DNA from: Alloascoidea hylecoeti
Taxonomy: Eukaryota
Assembly: GCA_001600815.1 (NCBI GenBank)
Contig: BCKZ01000027.1
Location: 124,615 to 159,799, forward strand
DNA: 35,185 bases
Direction of reading: 5' to 3'
Part shown: positions 22,457 through 33,097 of the stretch, in pieces
Layout: every line of letters begins with the position of its first letter
Position numbering within the stretch: position 1 is the first letter of the stretch
Made by a program: the position numbers and the translations under genes
Notes under the pieces: model-generated
What the model saw: the letters and a program-made list of their open reading frames with translations, nothing else
What the model was told of the DNA's origin: nothing
Database searches by the model: none

Positions 22457-23911
22457 ATGTCTCTTGATCTGGGTGTGATGCCAAACTATCTCTCTTCCCG
22501 TGAATTTGAAAATGCCAGAAAATATTGGCGCAACAAACCTGCTCCAGGCCTTACGAGTATGGAAGAGTCCATGGTTCTTTATGTTGAAGCAGAATATGGT
22601 GATGATATTTTACTACATCAGTTAAAAATGGAACAGTCCAATCGGATGCCAAACCTCCAAAATATGGATCGTCAACCAGAAATAACGTGGCAGATGAGAA
22701 CTTGTCTGGCGGATTTCATAATGGTAGCTCATTCCCAACTCCATTTGTCCAGTGAGTCGTTTTTCCTGACGATCAGCATTATTGATCGATACTGCTCCCG
22801 TCGTGTTGTGGCACCATCACTTTACCAACTTGTGGGATGTTGTGCCCTGTGGTTGGCGTCTAAATTCTACGATATGAAAATCAATCAACCTTCCGTCAAA
22901 GATCTTCAACAATTATGTAACAATTTTTATCCAAAAGAAAAATTCTTTGATCTAGAGATACAATTGTTGGAAGCCTTGAACTGGGATGTTGGCTGTCCGA
23001 CTGTGGATATCTTTTTAGACTACTCAATTAGTCAATCAAGACGACATGTACAAGGCTTACAAGCTAGAAATGCCTGTGATGATTTCTTCATTTCAAATCA
23101 TCAAATGTTAAGGAGTATAGCATATTATCTATGTGAGACATTTATGTTGCATAGATCTTTTTTAAAATACTCCTTGTCCATAATTGCCTCCTGTGCAAGT
23201 GTTTTATCAATGCTTATCTTGTCATGTTCAACCGAAATTTCACCGTTGTTACCGTTACCCACCATGATTGAAAATTCTTGTTTAAATGAACTTCTAACAC
23301 TAGCAGAAACTCCATCAAATTATTTAAGAGCAAAATATTCTTCTGATTCTAATTTTCCTGTTGCTAGTATTGTTGAAAAGTATTTCCAACGTCTTTTAGA
23401 TCAAAAAAGAGATGAAAATCAATATTATTCAAGTCCTGTAACTTCAGATGATCAAGAAATTAATCCGCATGATCAATCCATGTCTGGATCTAATTATGAG
23501 TATGCATCATTTACTCCTAATGTATCATCACAATTGTATCAGGATTCGGAATCTTCTTTTGGACCAAGAACGCCTATTTCCGCCATAGATCTTTCCAATG
23601 CTACTTATTTTTCAAGTGCAACAACTTCATCAACAACAATTGATATGGATATGGATTCAACACCATTTACACCTCGTGATTTAAAAAATTTAATAGATCA
23701 CGCAAATAATTATGTTCCTGATAATCTTAATTTACAACAACAAGTTGATTACCATCAGTCGTATTTAAATTCAAATGATCCCTATCAAAAATTTTATTTG
23801 AATACTAATTCAGATATGTTTACGAATACGAATTCAAGTAATGATTCAAATGCATATAATTCTAATCATCAAGTGCAATATATTGATGAATTGGAAGATG
23901 AATATTATTGA
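22457..23911 (+). CDS. G1-type cyclin (Cln/Ccn1/Hgc1/Puc1 family), 484 aa, with S/T/P-rich PEST tail
   Basis: Cyclin box QPEITWQMRTCLADFI...IIDRYCSRRVV...YQLVGCCALWLASKFYD.K...P; multiple TP/SP sites in the tail. Confidence 0.88.
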   Translation: MSLDLGVMPNYLSSREFENARKYWRNKPAPGLTSMEESMVLYVEAEYGDDILLHQLKMEQSNRMPNLQNMDRQPEITWQMRTCLADFIMVAHSQLHLSSESFFLTISIIDRYCSRRVVAPSLYQLVGCCALWLASKFYDMKINQPSVKDLQQLCNNFYPKEKFFDLEIQLLEALNWDVGCPTVDIFLDYSISQSRRHVQGLQARNACDDFFISNHQMLRSIAYYLCETFMLHRSFLKYSLSIIASCASVLSMLILSCSTEISPLLPLPTMIENSCLNELLTLAETPSNYLRAKYSSDSNFPVASIVEKYFQRLLDQKRDENQYYSSPVTSDDQEINPHDQSMSGSNYEYASFTPNVSSQLYQDSESSFGPRTPISAIDLSNATYFSSATTSSTTIDMDMDSTPFTPRDLKNLIDHANNYVPDNLNLQQQVDYHQSYLNSNDPYQKFYLNTNSDMFTNTNSSNDSNAYNSNHQVQYIDELEDEYY

Positions 23912-24520
23912 AATTTAAACTGAAAATTCTAGAAGTTACAAAAACAAGATCTAGATGCTATATTATTTTTATCTTATACTATATGATCATTCATTTTTTT
24001 AAGAAATCTCATAAACAAAAATGCATTCTCATCATGATCATAAGTCATTTTTTATCAATTTATTTTTTATTTATTATTACTTAATTGTTAATTTTTTTTA
24101 TACACGATTTGTGTCTATATGTTTCTTTTGGCTTTTGGATTATTTTCTTTTTAATTTTTGCATCATAAACACCTATAGAGAATGCATATACCCCTACATT
24201 TTTATATATATTTTTTTAAACTTTTACAGTCATTTGAAATGATTTGTTATTATGTTTTTTTTTTTTTCATTTCCTACACATAAGTTATAATTAATATTTG
24301 TTCATCTTATAGCATTTATTGTTCGAATAATTATATATGATCATATACACCAAATTCAAAGAAATTCAGTAAGGTGTTAATAGGTGTAACTAATAAATAA
24401 GGATTATGATAGCACATTTGAACTGACGAATACTCCTATACCGGTATATATATATATATTACTAGGTTACATGTACTAGCTATAACTATTCACTCATTTG
24501 AACTCTGAGTTACATTTATT

Positions 24521-24738
24521 CGACTTAATTTCGGCCACGCTGATTACTAATTATTGGACATAATCAAAACTTCGACCGGATTTGTCGCTCGAGGTTGATC
24601 CATAGGAATCCATATGGATAGTTTATATTCCATATATACTCGTATAGAGTCTTTACATGTATTATACTGGTAATAATGCGGCCGAAACTTAGATATAAAG
24701 CTGGCTAATAATCGATAATCAGAATGGCCGAACTTAAG
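24521..24738. mobile_element. MITE-like element with ~40-bp imperfect terminal inverted repeats
   Basis: ACTTAATTTCGGCCACGCTGATTACTAATTATTGG (24523-24557) vs reverse complement of 24703-24738 (CTTAAGTTCGGCCATTCTGATTATCGATTATTAGCC); internal sub-repeat GGCCGAAACTTAG at ~24680. Confidence 0.6.
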
Positions 24739-24761
24739 AATCAGTTTCTAAGAAATATTCG

Positions 24762-25400
24762 CTGTCGGGGAAAGTCTAAAGTTGCACATGTGTTTTTGGA
24801 CCACCCCCAATACAAATGGCAATACTATACCCATTGGCAGTCTGGTATTCAGATGATGATCAGTACTCTATACGTCTTAGATTGTTCACAGAATGGTGCA
24901 TAATGTTTTGTTACTTCTGGAGATTCTACTGGCTTGTATAAAAGACATTTGAAGTTTGATTTTAGATGTATCATAAACGGTACTACAAGAATCCCCAACC
25001 ACTCTGGAGTCTGTAATATGAAGTTCTACCACCTTCTAATTTTCAGCCCATATAGTAAGCCTTACAGTACCAAATTTCCATATACTATAAATATTTTTAA
25101 GTTCAATGGGATGGCGTGAGTGTTATAACGTTGCCAAGCATATACCATATACTAAATACTGTTTTGGATCTGGATCCAATCGAACATTCATCACCTAATA
25201 CTACAACCCGTCCCAAACGCTCTGAGACCACTCCGATCTAATTCGATTCTGTTACGTCGGTTTTGCTAATTCATAAAAGGCTTTTTATGTACCGAGTATA
25301 TTCCATATCCATGTTTTTTCAGAAGGGGTTTTAGAGGGGTCTTTGGAGTGGAGACACAACATAAGAACGTGACCTTAGACTCGACCAGCCTGTAAAGTAA
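24762..25400 (-). mobile_element. Tc1-like transposon relic 2 (right boundary approximate)
   Basis: CTGTCGGGGAAAGTCTAAAGTTGCA at 24762 matches the TIR at 26814; minus strand ~25215-25165 reads W(fs)VVLGDECSIG; 25270-25345 aligns with 27505-27580 and 17755-17830. Confidence 0.7.
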
Positions 25401-25911
25401 GTAGTATAAGCTTCATCACAAAATCAAGCACAGAACTAAAACATTTTTTAAAATTTAACAATTGCCTACATAAAAGATACTCATCTCAGGTGAGGCGCAG
25501 GAGCATCTGATAGTTTTTTTTTAAAGATTGTACAAGGATTTGCTGTTGTTCAGCAGAGATAATTTTCTGAACAGTTGGTACCTAAATTACTTTATAATAA
25601 GTTTATAATATTTCATATCCTCCTGAGTCGGCTCCCTTCAATTTTTTTAAGTTAAATAGTAGTGATATAAAGTTTACGCGAATTATCCCTGCATACATAT
25701 GCATTATCGATCCTAAATTATTTGTTGTAAGATCTTATAGTTATGAATATTTTATAAAACGACATTAATCAGTAGATAATATATTTTTGTTATAATGAGT
25801 TTATAGTTAGCTAGAATTATGTTGTAATCAGAACTGAAATTGAAATTGACCACACTATATTACTTCAGAAGTACCATTAAAATCTGATTCTTAATTAAAA
25901 AGGGAAGTATT

Positions 25912-26318
25912 AGGGACCACCCAAAAATATGTTTACTAAATCAACCACCAACACCACTAAAGAATATGAGTTGACTAATATTTTGTATACATAAACTACT
26001 TATCCTAATATATCCCGCTGACATTTTACTAGGCGTTTCTTTGTTTTTAATTCAAAGTTTGAGAGTTTCTTTTTCTTTTTTATCATATTTTTGATCATAT
26101 TTATTTCGAAATTGTCTTCTTTCTGTATCATCACCAACTAGTGGATTTTTATTGGGCATTTAAACCTGACATCTGCTACCATAGCTTAATTGTTTTAATT
26201 TGTTTTTGAAGAGCTCCGGGTGTTGTGTATACATACAATTAGACTTCGCCAGTAGAGTCGTATTAAACGGCCCAATTCCAGTCTTCCCGAACCCCTAGAT
26301 GAGATTAGAAGATGTTAA
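25912..26318 (-). mobile_element. Second 3' relic of the pogo family at 30.4/33.1 kb
   Basis: Minus strand reads LTSSNLI*GFGKTGIGPFN...HPELFKNK...KKLSNFELKTKKRLVKCQRDILG*; ccagtcttcc.ga.cccctagatga.attagaaga is shared with 4525-4560. Confidence 0.75.
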
Positions 26319-26813
26319 TTTTTTTTCTCTTTACATAGATCATCGCTAATATAATTTTTTTTTTTCGGCCGGCGGCGCTATTCTGATGCGTAAAGGATCT
26401 TTTTGTTGGGCTTGTGAAACGATATTATCAACAGACCAAAACAGGAAGCATCACTACTACGAGACCGACACGCGTCTAATCCCTTCTTTTTCGATATAAA
26501 TCATCAGATGCCTTTTGAGAAAGACATCCATTTAGAACTCGCATAATAGGTAGTAATGACGCTCGTTGTTAGCTTCTTCCTTTATACTTTATATGTAATG
26601 TAAAAAAAATACCATATGTGTTAAATAGATTTATGCATATCAATTGGATATAGTTATTTTATTTCAGGTGGACATATACGAGAAACAGCTGCAATAATTA
26701 CTGCCAATTTCAAGCTCATGGTTATATAGTTGCAGTATATACAGTAGCGTGAAAGGGTGCTATATTTTATAGTTACTTTCAAATCCCTTTCTATCGGATT
26801 TATTTTCTAACTA

Positions 26814-27975
26814 CAGTCGGGGAAAACCAAATGTTGCATCTTTTTCCTGATACCCTCCAAAAATAGATTATTTACTCTACAAGGACTTAAACTGTTCTTA
26901 AAGTAAAAAAAAGTTAAGTTCATAATGTTCCGTAGATACTAGAGACTGTATTAGCTTACATAAAATGAAATTTGATCTACTAATTTTGGCCCCTTCAACA
27001 CCATAGATGGCTGACACCCTACGAAGATTCTACATGTCCTCAATTGGTTTCAAATAGGGTTAAAAAGGACGCCGCTAAAACACATCTAACTTATCTTTTT
27101 CTCACGAAACCAATTAATAGTGATTACAGCTCCATGGATAGCTCTGTTATCCAGCTTAAATATGGCAACAACATAATCTCATCAAAGGCTACTTAAAGGT
27201 TCTATTTAGGAACCTAGAGTAGCTCTTTTCTTCTGATATTAAGATTCCCGGCCACTCTATACTGTAAAGCATCGATCTCCTTTACAAATTTCTACTCATT
27301 ACATGAAACTCACCAACTCAACTTTCCATAAATTATAAATATTTTTTGATCCAAAGGATTGAAGTAACTATCTTGGAGTATATATTTATACATTTCCATA
27401 TCCGTGTAACGGCTGAACATTCGTCGCTAAATACCACACTGTCCCAAATTTCATGAGAACATTTCAATCTTTAGAATACATCACTCTATTCCGTTTTTCC
27501 TTCTTATTCATAGCAGGCCTTCTGTGCTGAAAATATTCCATATTCATGGCTTTACAGAAGAGTTCTTAGGCGGTCTTTGATTTTCCAATTGAACTTTGAA
27601 GCCAATTCCTCAAATATATTCGTAGGGGAATATTTCACAACCCTTAGAATTTGATTCACTGCCCTTTAAGAAAGCGTTTTAAACTCTATTAATTGAGGAA
27701 GTGTTATTCTAAAAGAGTTGTCGGTGTATTTATTTACAGTGAACTGCACAGTATTAAGCCTTATTATTTCAGCAATTGTAAAACCATTTTTACTCATATT
27801 CCAAACCTTAATAGGCTTACTTGGTCTTTGATGCTTTTTTGAATTAAAATTATCTGATACTCCGCCTAAAGGAATCCTAGGGGCAATTTTATAATACATT
27901 TAAAAAAATGGAATTATTGTTGTGGCGATGCCCAAAAAAGGTGTCCAAAGTTTACCAGACTGCAACTTTAGGTTA
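26814..27975 (-). mobile_element. Tc1-like transposon relic 3, the most complete copy
   Basis: TA|CAGTCGGGGAAAACCAAATGTTGCA left TIR; TGCAACTTTAGGTT right TIR remnant at 27961-27974; minus strand HEIWDSVVFSDECSAV at ~27455-27408; ORF 27899-27666 is the decayed N-terminal part. Confidence 0.8.
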
Positions 27976-28569
27976 TAATCTTAATATTTAAACTCCAAAA
28001 AACAACAATATTTCAACATAAAACTGATGGATCACAATGGAGTAGTCAAGTTTCACCTGTGCGACCTTTGCGTAAAGCAAGGTAAGTATACCATAATCCT
28101 CTATATTTGATTCAAAGTATCGTGGACAGCATATTACTTGGATAAGTTAGCATAATAGATGCCACAACATTGTTATGTTGCAGCCACGAATTACAGAACA
28201 AACAATAAGGATAAAGTATTATAGATTCTACCACTAAAATCTACTTAATTTCATTATTTTGTTAATATTTGCTCAATATTATCTCTTTGTATTTTTTTAG
28301 TAGTTTGAGAAATCAGCTCAGTATTAATATTCATAAAACGAATATTTTCATTATGTCACAATTAGTTTGCAACTACCATATTGATATTATATGATGTCTC
28401 TATGATCAAAGAATTGTGTTTTACTAAAGCGGTTATCGTAGTGTTGTGTGATAATTGAGAAGATCTATAAATTTTGGATGACCCCCAAAATAGGAAGAAA
28501 AAAAAGCTCACAAATCACTGTAACTCAAAAGATTTATGTTTGAAACAACCACTAAATCACCACCAGAAC

Positions 28570-29430
28570 CTCAAATGGCATCTACAGGAGCTCTAATTAA
28601 TTATAACAATTATAATAATAGCCTCATATCTTTAGCTGTTGAATATAAGAGACAACACATGGCATAAAGATGTAGGAGGTGAGAGGTATATGTAACCAGC
28701 AAATTTGGAATCTCAGAATCAGCTGTTCACTTCCACAGCAAAATTATCAAGACACCCCACCAATACCAAAACTTTCAACTACTCTTGAAGACCAATATTT
28801 TATTCGGCAACTTTTGGCTTAAAAAGGTTTTACCGCTAATCTTTTTCATGATCTGGTTGATGAGATGATCGATTCTGGAATGCCTGAAAAAGATCCGTCT
28901 CAAAATTTCTAATGAGGAAAACGACAAGAAAGCGTTATTTTTCCCAAAAATATTATACACCGGTCCCTGAAAGATACTCTATACGCACCCTATAAGGGAA
29001 TCAGACACTGTACGGATTTTTATGCCAGTTTTTAGTATTACTATCTGGTTGAGGGTTGTTTCTTCCTTATATCAAACATGAAAAGGGGCTCATTATATAT
29101 TACTTGATGACCAATTCAGCCATATTTCCTCTTAATTTACAACAGAATCTATTAAGAATTGTGTTGGAATATTTATTCAGCCCGCTAATACTTGTCCGGA
29201 AACTCAAGTTTTGAATATTTCAAGGTCCACTTTAAGAAAATATTAAAAAGAGAGATCACAAGAAGCTTGCGACAAATTCCATCAACCACCGACCTCAAAA
29301 AAAGGATTTCATTACAATAAACCAAACGGAAAGCGCTAAAGCAATAACCCTCAAAAATCGATTGGATTTTACAACAAATGGAATTTATCCTTCGACTCCC
29401 CTGATGGTGTCATAAAAGTTCGCAGAGATT
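28570..29430 (+). mobile_element. Highly decayed pogo/Fot1 transposase relic (boundaries approximate)
   Basis: From ~29100, LLDDQFSHISS*FTTESIKNCVGIFIQPANTCPETQVLNIS aligns with LLD*HSSHISFNLVMECIKYNVRLFISPAHTSQSTQVLDVS; TNGIYP at ~29373; HTH-like KFGISESAVH at ~28700. Confidence 0.75.
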
Positions 29431-30299
29431 TGAGTATCATACTGATCATTCGCTTATATATATACATCAATAGCTGAATAGTTTTGTGAGAAAAACAAAG
29501 GGATATCTTGAATAAATAGTGTTTATAATTTTAAATCTTTTAGGTTATGAGCCCTGTCGTTAAAACATCGTACACATCAACACTTTTCCAACGTCTTAAG
29601 AAACATATAAAAGGTGAAAAAGATCCTATTACCCAAGAAACAGGTAAAAAGGTTCTCAAAGGTTTATTATACGACAAATATTATTATATTAATAGCAAAA
29701 CTTCTAATGATAAAAAATCGAGTTAATAGAAAATATATTAACATATCAAGATGATCGTTTTCAACAGGCCTTGTCTTCAGTTTTGTGCTAGAAGTACAGA
29801 GGCGTTGAAAAAGGTTTATGATAAATTAAGCCGTGATCCAAATATGGTAAACACATAATCACAAGTTTCAATTCAAAATAATTTGAGAGAGACTTTTATT
29901 ATAAGAATCCCAAAAGTCAAACTTCAGTATTTCCCTAGCTAATTAAAAAGAAACTTAAAGTTAGGGTACCGCAAAACTCCAAAATATCATTGAACATTTT
30001 GAATTCCAACTTTAGTATATGTGTACTAAAAAGAAGTTTCCAATACAGTATTGATTGATGGGCTGCAGTGTGGTGTTGGATTATTGTAATTCAGCTCGAA
30101 ACCACATCGGTGATATGGACTATTCGGAGAAATTCGAACGATAAACGAATAGCCAAATTATAAATAATTTTACGATAAAAAGAAATGATATTTTAAACAT
30201 AATTAGTTATATAAAAAGAAGTAGAAGTTCAGATAAATATAAATAGGGATACATATCCAGCAGGAATCCTGGGAATTATTATTTTTATTATTATTTAAA

Positions 30300-30362
30300 A
30301 GATCATTTTTATCATTATCACTATCATTATCATTATCACTATCATTATCATTTTTATCAAAA
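30300..30362. repeat. Imperfect (ATCATT)n microsatellite
   Basis: atcattatcactatcattatcattatcactatcattatcatt. Confidence 0.75.
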
Positions 30363-30442
30363 TCAAAATCATTTTAATTTATTATTATTCAATAGTACAG
30401 TAGCGAACAAATCTATGACCGTTATAACTCTAACATTTTATA

Positions 30443-31606
30443 AGCGCCAACCCATTGCAACAGACATCCCACAATCAAACCGTTTACTAAATTAATCACC
30501 AGTGTCACCAAAGTTCACTAGATATTTTGTTTAGAAAAACTACTCATCCTAATAGATTCTCCTGAAAATTTTCTACGTGTTCTTTTCTTTTCAACTCAAT
30601 GTGGGAGTTTCTTCTTCATTCTTACCTCCTACCTGGACATCACTAACTACTGAGTTTTCTCTGATTCATTTGCCTTGCGTTTTCTGCCCTCGCTTAATTG
30701 TTCCATTTTCTTTTCAAAGAGCTCCGGATGTCTGATGGTTGCAATTGACCTGATTGTTGCTCGCTCCATAAGAATCAGACATTTAGCATGTATCTCCGCA
30801 TATTGTGGGGTTTCGGACTTTTTAGTCGTCAAAATAGCTAGTTTCCTATAAAATTCTCTTACTTCTTCTTTATCGGAAAACCCTCTTTCAAATTCTTTAT
30901 CAAGCTCAAGCAGGTTGTCTTTTGGTGGTGGTGCATCCTTAGAAGCAGACTTCATCATTATACTCGGATTCCTCTTAAGAAAACCAACCACCCAATTCTT
31001 ACTCACATAATGACCAGTAATGGCGTTCTTCGTTGGTTTTTTCGTAGTGGTAACAGGGTTACCTTCATCTCCTGAATATCTTTGGTCAATCAATTGATCC
31101 ACGAAACAATAAAGCTGTTCTTTGTTGGCAGCCACCCCCATCTTCGCTTGGAAAAGTAGCACACTAGCTAGCCGACTCTCTTCGTCCTTAGATAGAGTTT
31201 GGTGTTTTTCCATAGCTGCTGATCTAGATTGTGAACCATGCAATCTACCCACAAGAGTTAAATGTGCCAACCCAGCTTCCTTGGAAATCTGGCGTAATGA
31301 TGTTTTCGGCTCAACACGACTTCTTGCCATGGCCCTCAGTATTCTCTCTTCCCTGTCTATCGATATAAGTGCACTGAGAGATCTTTTGGGGGCTTCTATT
31401 GCTGCTGCCTTGGGTGATTTTTTAGGTTTTTCTATTTTTGGAGCATTGTGTGATTTTTTGGGCTTTGCTGTTGTTGGAGCCTTGGATGATTTTTTGGGTT
31501 TTGCCATTGTCGGTGGGTTTGTAGTGAAGAAGAAGAAAACGGGGTAGACGTTTTGGAGAGTGGTGGTCGGGTACTCCGATGTGTTCCGTTGCAATGGGTC
31601 GACTCT
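30443..31606 (-). mobile_element. ~1.16-kb internally deleted pogo-like element A with decayed TIRs
   Basis: TA|AGCGCCAACCCATTGCAACAGACATC ... GATGTGTTCCGTTGCAATGGGTCGACTCT|TA. Confidence 0.7.
30647..31507 (-). CDS. Transposase-derived DNA-binding protein A (psq-type HTH + CENP-B-type HTH + C-terminal domain, no DDE), 286 aa
   Basis: ATG at 31507 aligns with the paralog's start; SLRQISKEAGLAHLTLVGRLHG; QTLSKDEESRL...G; VSKNWVVGFLKRNP; uninterrupted frame. Confidence 0.75.
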   Translation of the reverse strand: MAKPKKSSKAPTTAKPKKSHNAPKIEKPKKSPKAAAIEAPKRSLSALISIDREERILRAMARSRVEPKTSLRQISKEAGLAHLTLVGRLHGSQSRSAAMEKHQTLSKDEESRLASVLLFQAKMGVAANKEQLYCFVDQLIDQRYSGDEGNPVTTTKKPTKNAITGHYVSKNWVVGFLKRNPSIMMKSASKDAPPPKDNLLELDKEFERGFSDKEEVREFYRKLAILTTKKSETPQYAEIHAKCLILMERATIRSIATIRHPELFEKKMEQLSEGRKRKANESEKTQ

Positions 31607-33097
31607 TATAAAATTTCCGCTGTTTCAATATTCGGCATATGTGTAAACACAGAATCACCATTATGTGGAGTAAATAGTGCTTTGTTCGGGTGGCCATGAG
31701 TTCGTTATTTTGTTAAGTTTATCGTCATCTGCAAAACATTTCGTCATTAAATTCGGCACATGTGAGGACGTATTTCGACCACTTTGTGTAACGAAACGTT
31801 CATTGACACTGTGGCATGCATTACTCCGTTTCAATGTGGATGGGAGTAAATTTGTACATTTCACCATTTGGAAAACTAAACTTCGTGACCTGGAAGCATA
31901 ATAATTGGCCAATTTCTATTTTGTGATTTGCTGTTCTCAAATGTTCAATAACCTGCATGACAGCCACAACAATATTAGGCCAATTGTCAATTTGTGTTTG
32001 ATATACCGGTAAAGTTGCAGAATATATATAGCTAGCAACGAACGAAAGAAAGAAGATAAAAAGAATGTGGTGTTAAATAATTTTTTTGAACAACCAGAAT
32101 ATCATATATATGTTGAAGATACAGCCGGCATTATTCACGACGGTTGTCATATAGTATCGTATAATTCACCTATTCATAAGAACAATAAGATCATTAAAAC
32201 CAAAACTTTAATGGACCCCGTATAGACACGATCTAAATATTAATCCTATTGAGATGGCCACTCAATTAATAATGCTATAATACAAAACAACATTACTCAA
32301 AAAAGAGTGAACCTATAATATTAGTAATAAGAATTTTTGCCTAGTATTAGATCTTTTATATTTTCATAATTTTTTGGTTGTTAAGAATATAGTATTTAAA
32401 GATACAAGTTATAAGTATAATATAGAGCCTTAATGGCCACTTGAAAAAAAAAAGTTAAAAAATACACACATCTACAGATAAGCAGAATTTACTGACGAAA
32501 TGTACGTCAAACCAGATTTCACAGTATAAATAACAAAATAATAAACCCTTTGTCACTATTGACTCCACAATGTTAAAACTATATTCACACATATTCCTAA
32601 TGTGGGGACGAAATGTCAAGCATACATGTATGACGAAAGCAATTAGATCCAAACAACGAAAGATGTTGTCACCTGGACAACGAATTTTTATTATCCAATA
32701 TGCTGAAAATGTACACACTAAAGTGATGAACCTCCCTCCAATATGGCGAATTAGGAATGGAAATACTTTACAAGAACAACATCCAGAGATGGCATTTTAA
32801 ACATAAAAAGTTACAAAAATGAAGTAGAAATTTAGTATCCAGGAAATAATTTTTATTATTACTATCATTCTTATAAATTTAATCATCTTATCAATATCAT
32901 TTTCATTTCCATTATTAATTTTATTTCCGTAATCAGCCATTATTATTCAGTTCAATAGCGAACAAATCTATAGCCATAGATATTATATATTTTAAAGAAA
33001 TCATCCAATATTATTGTTGCTGCATTTGAAAGTTTAATAAATATCGAACGGTCTCTAGATAAAGTCTTATTCATTCATATGCATATAACATTTCATT

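Noticed and set aside
22706..22849. Alternative yeast genetic code (CUG=Ser or Ala)
   Set aside because: CTG codons at 22706, 22766 and 22847 (cyclin box) and at 5115 (POR1 NDLL) all occupy conserved Leu positions, supporting CUG=Leu
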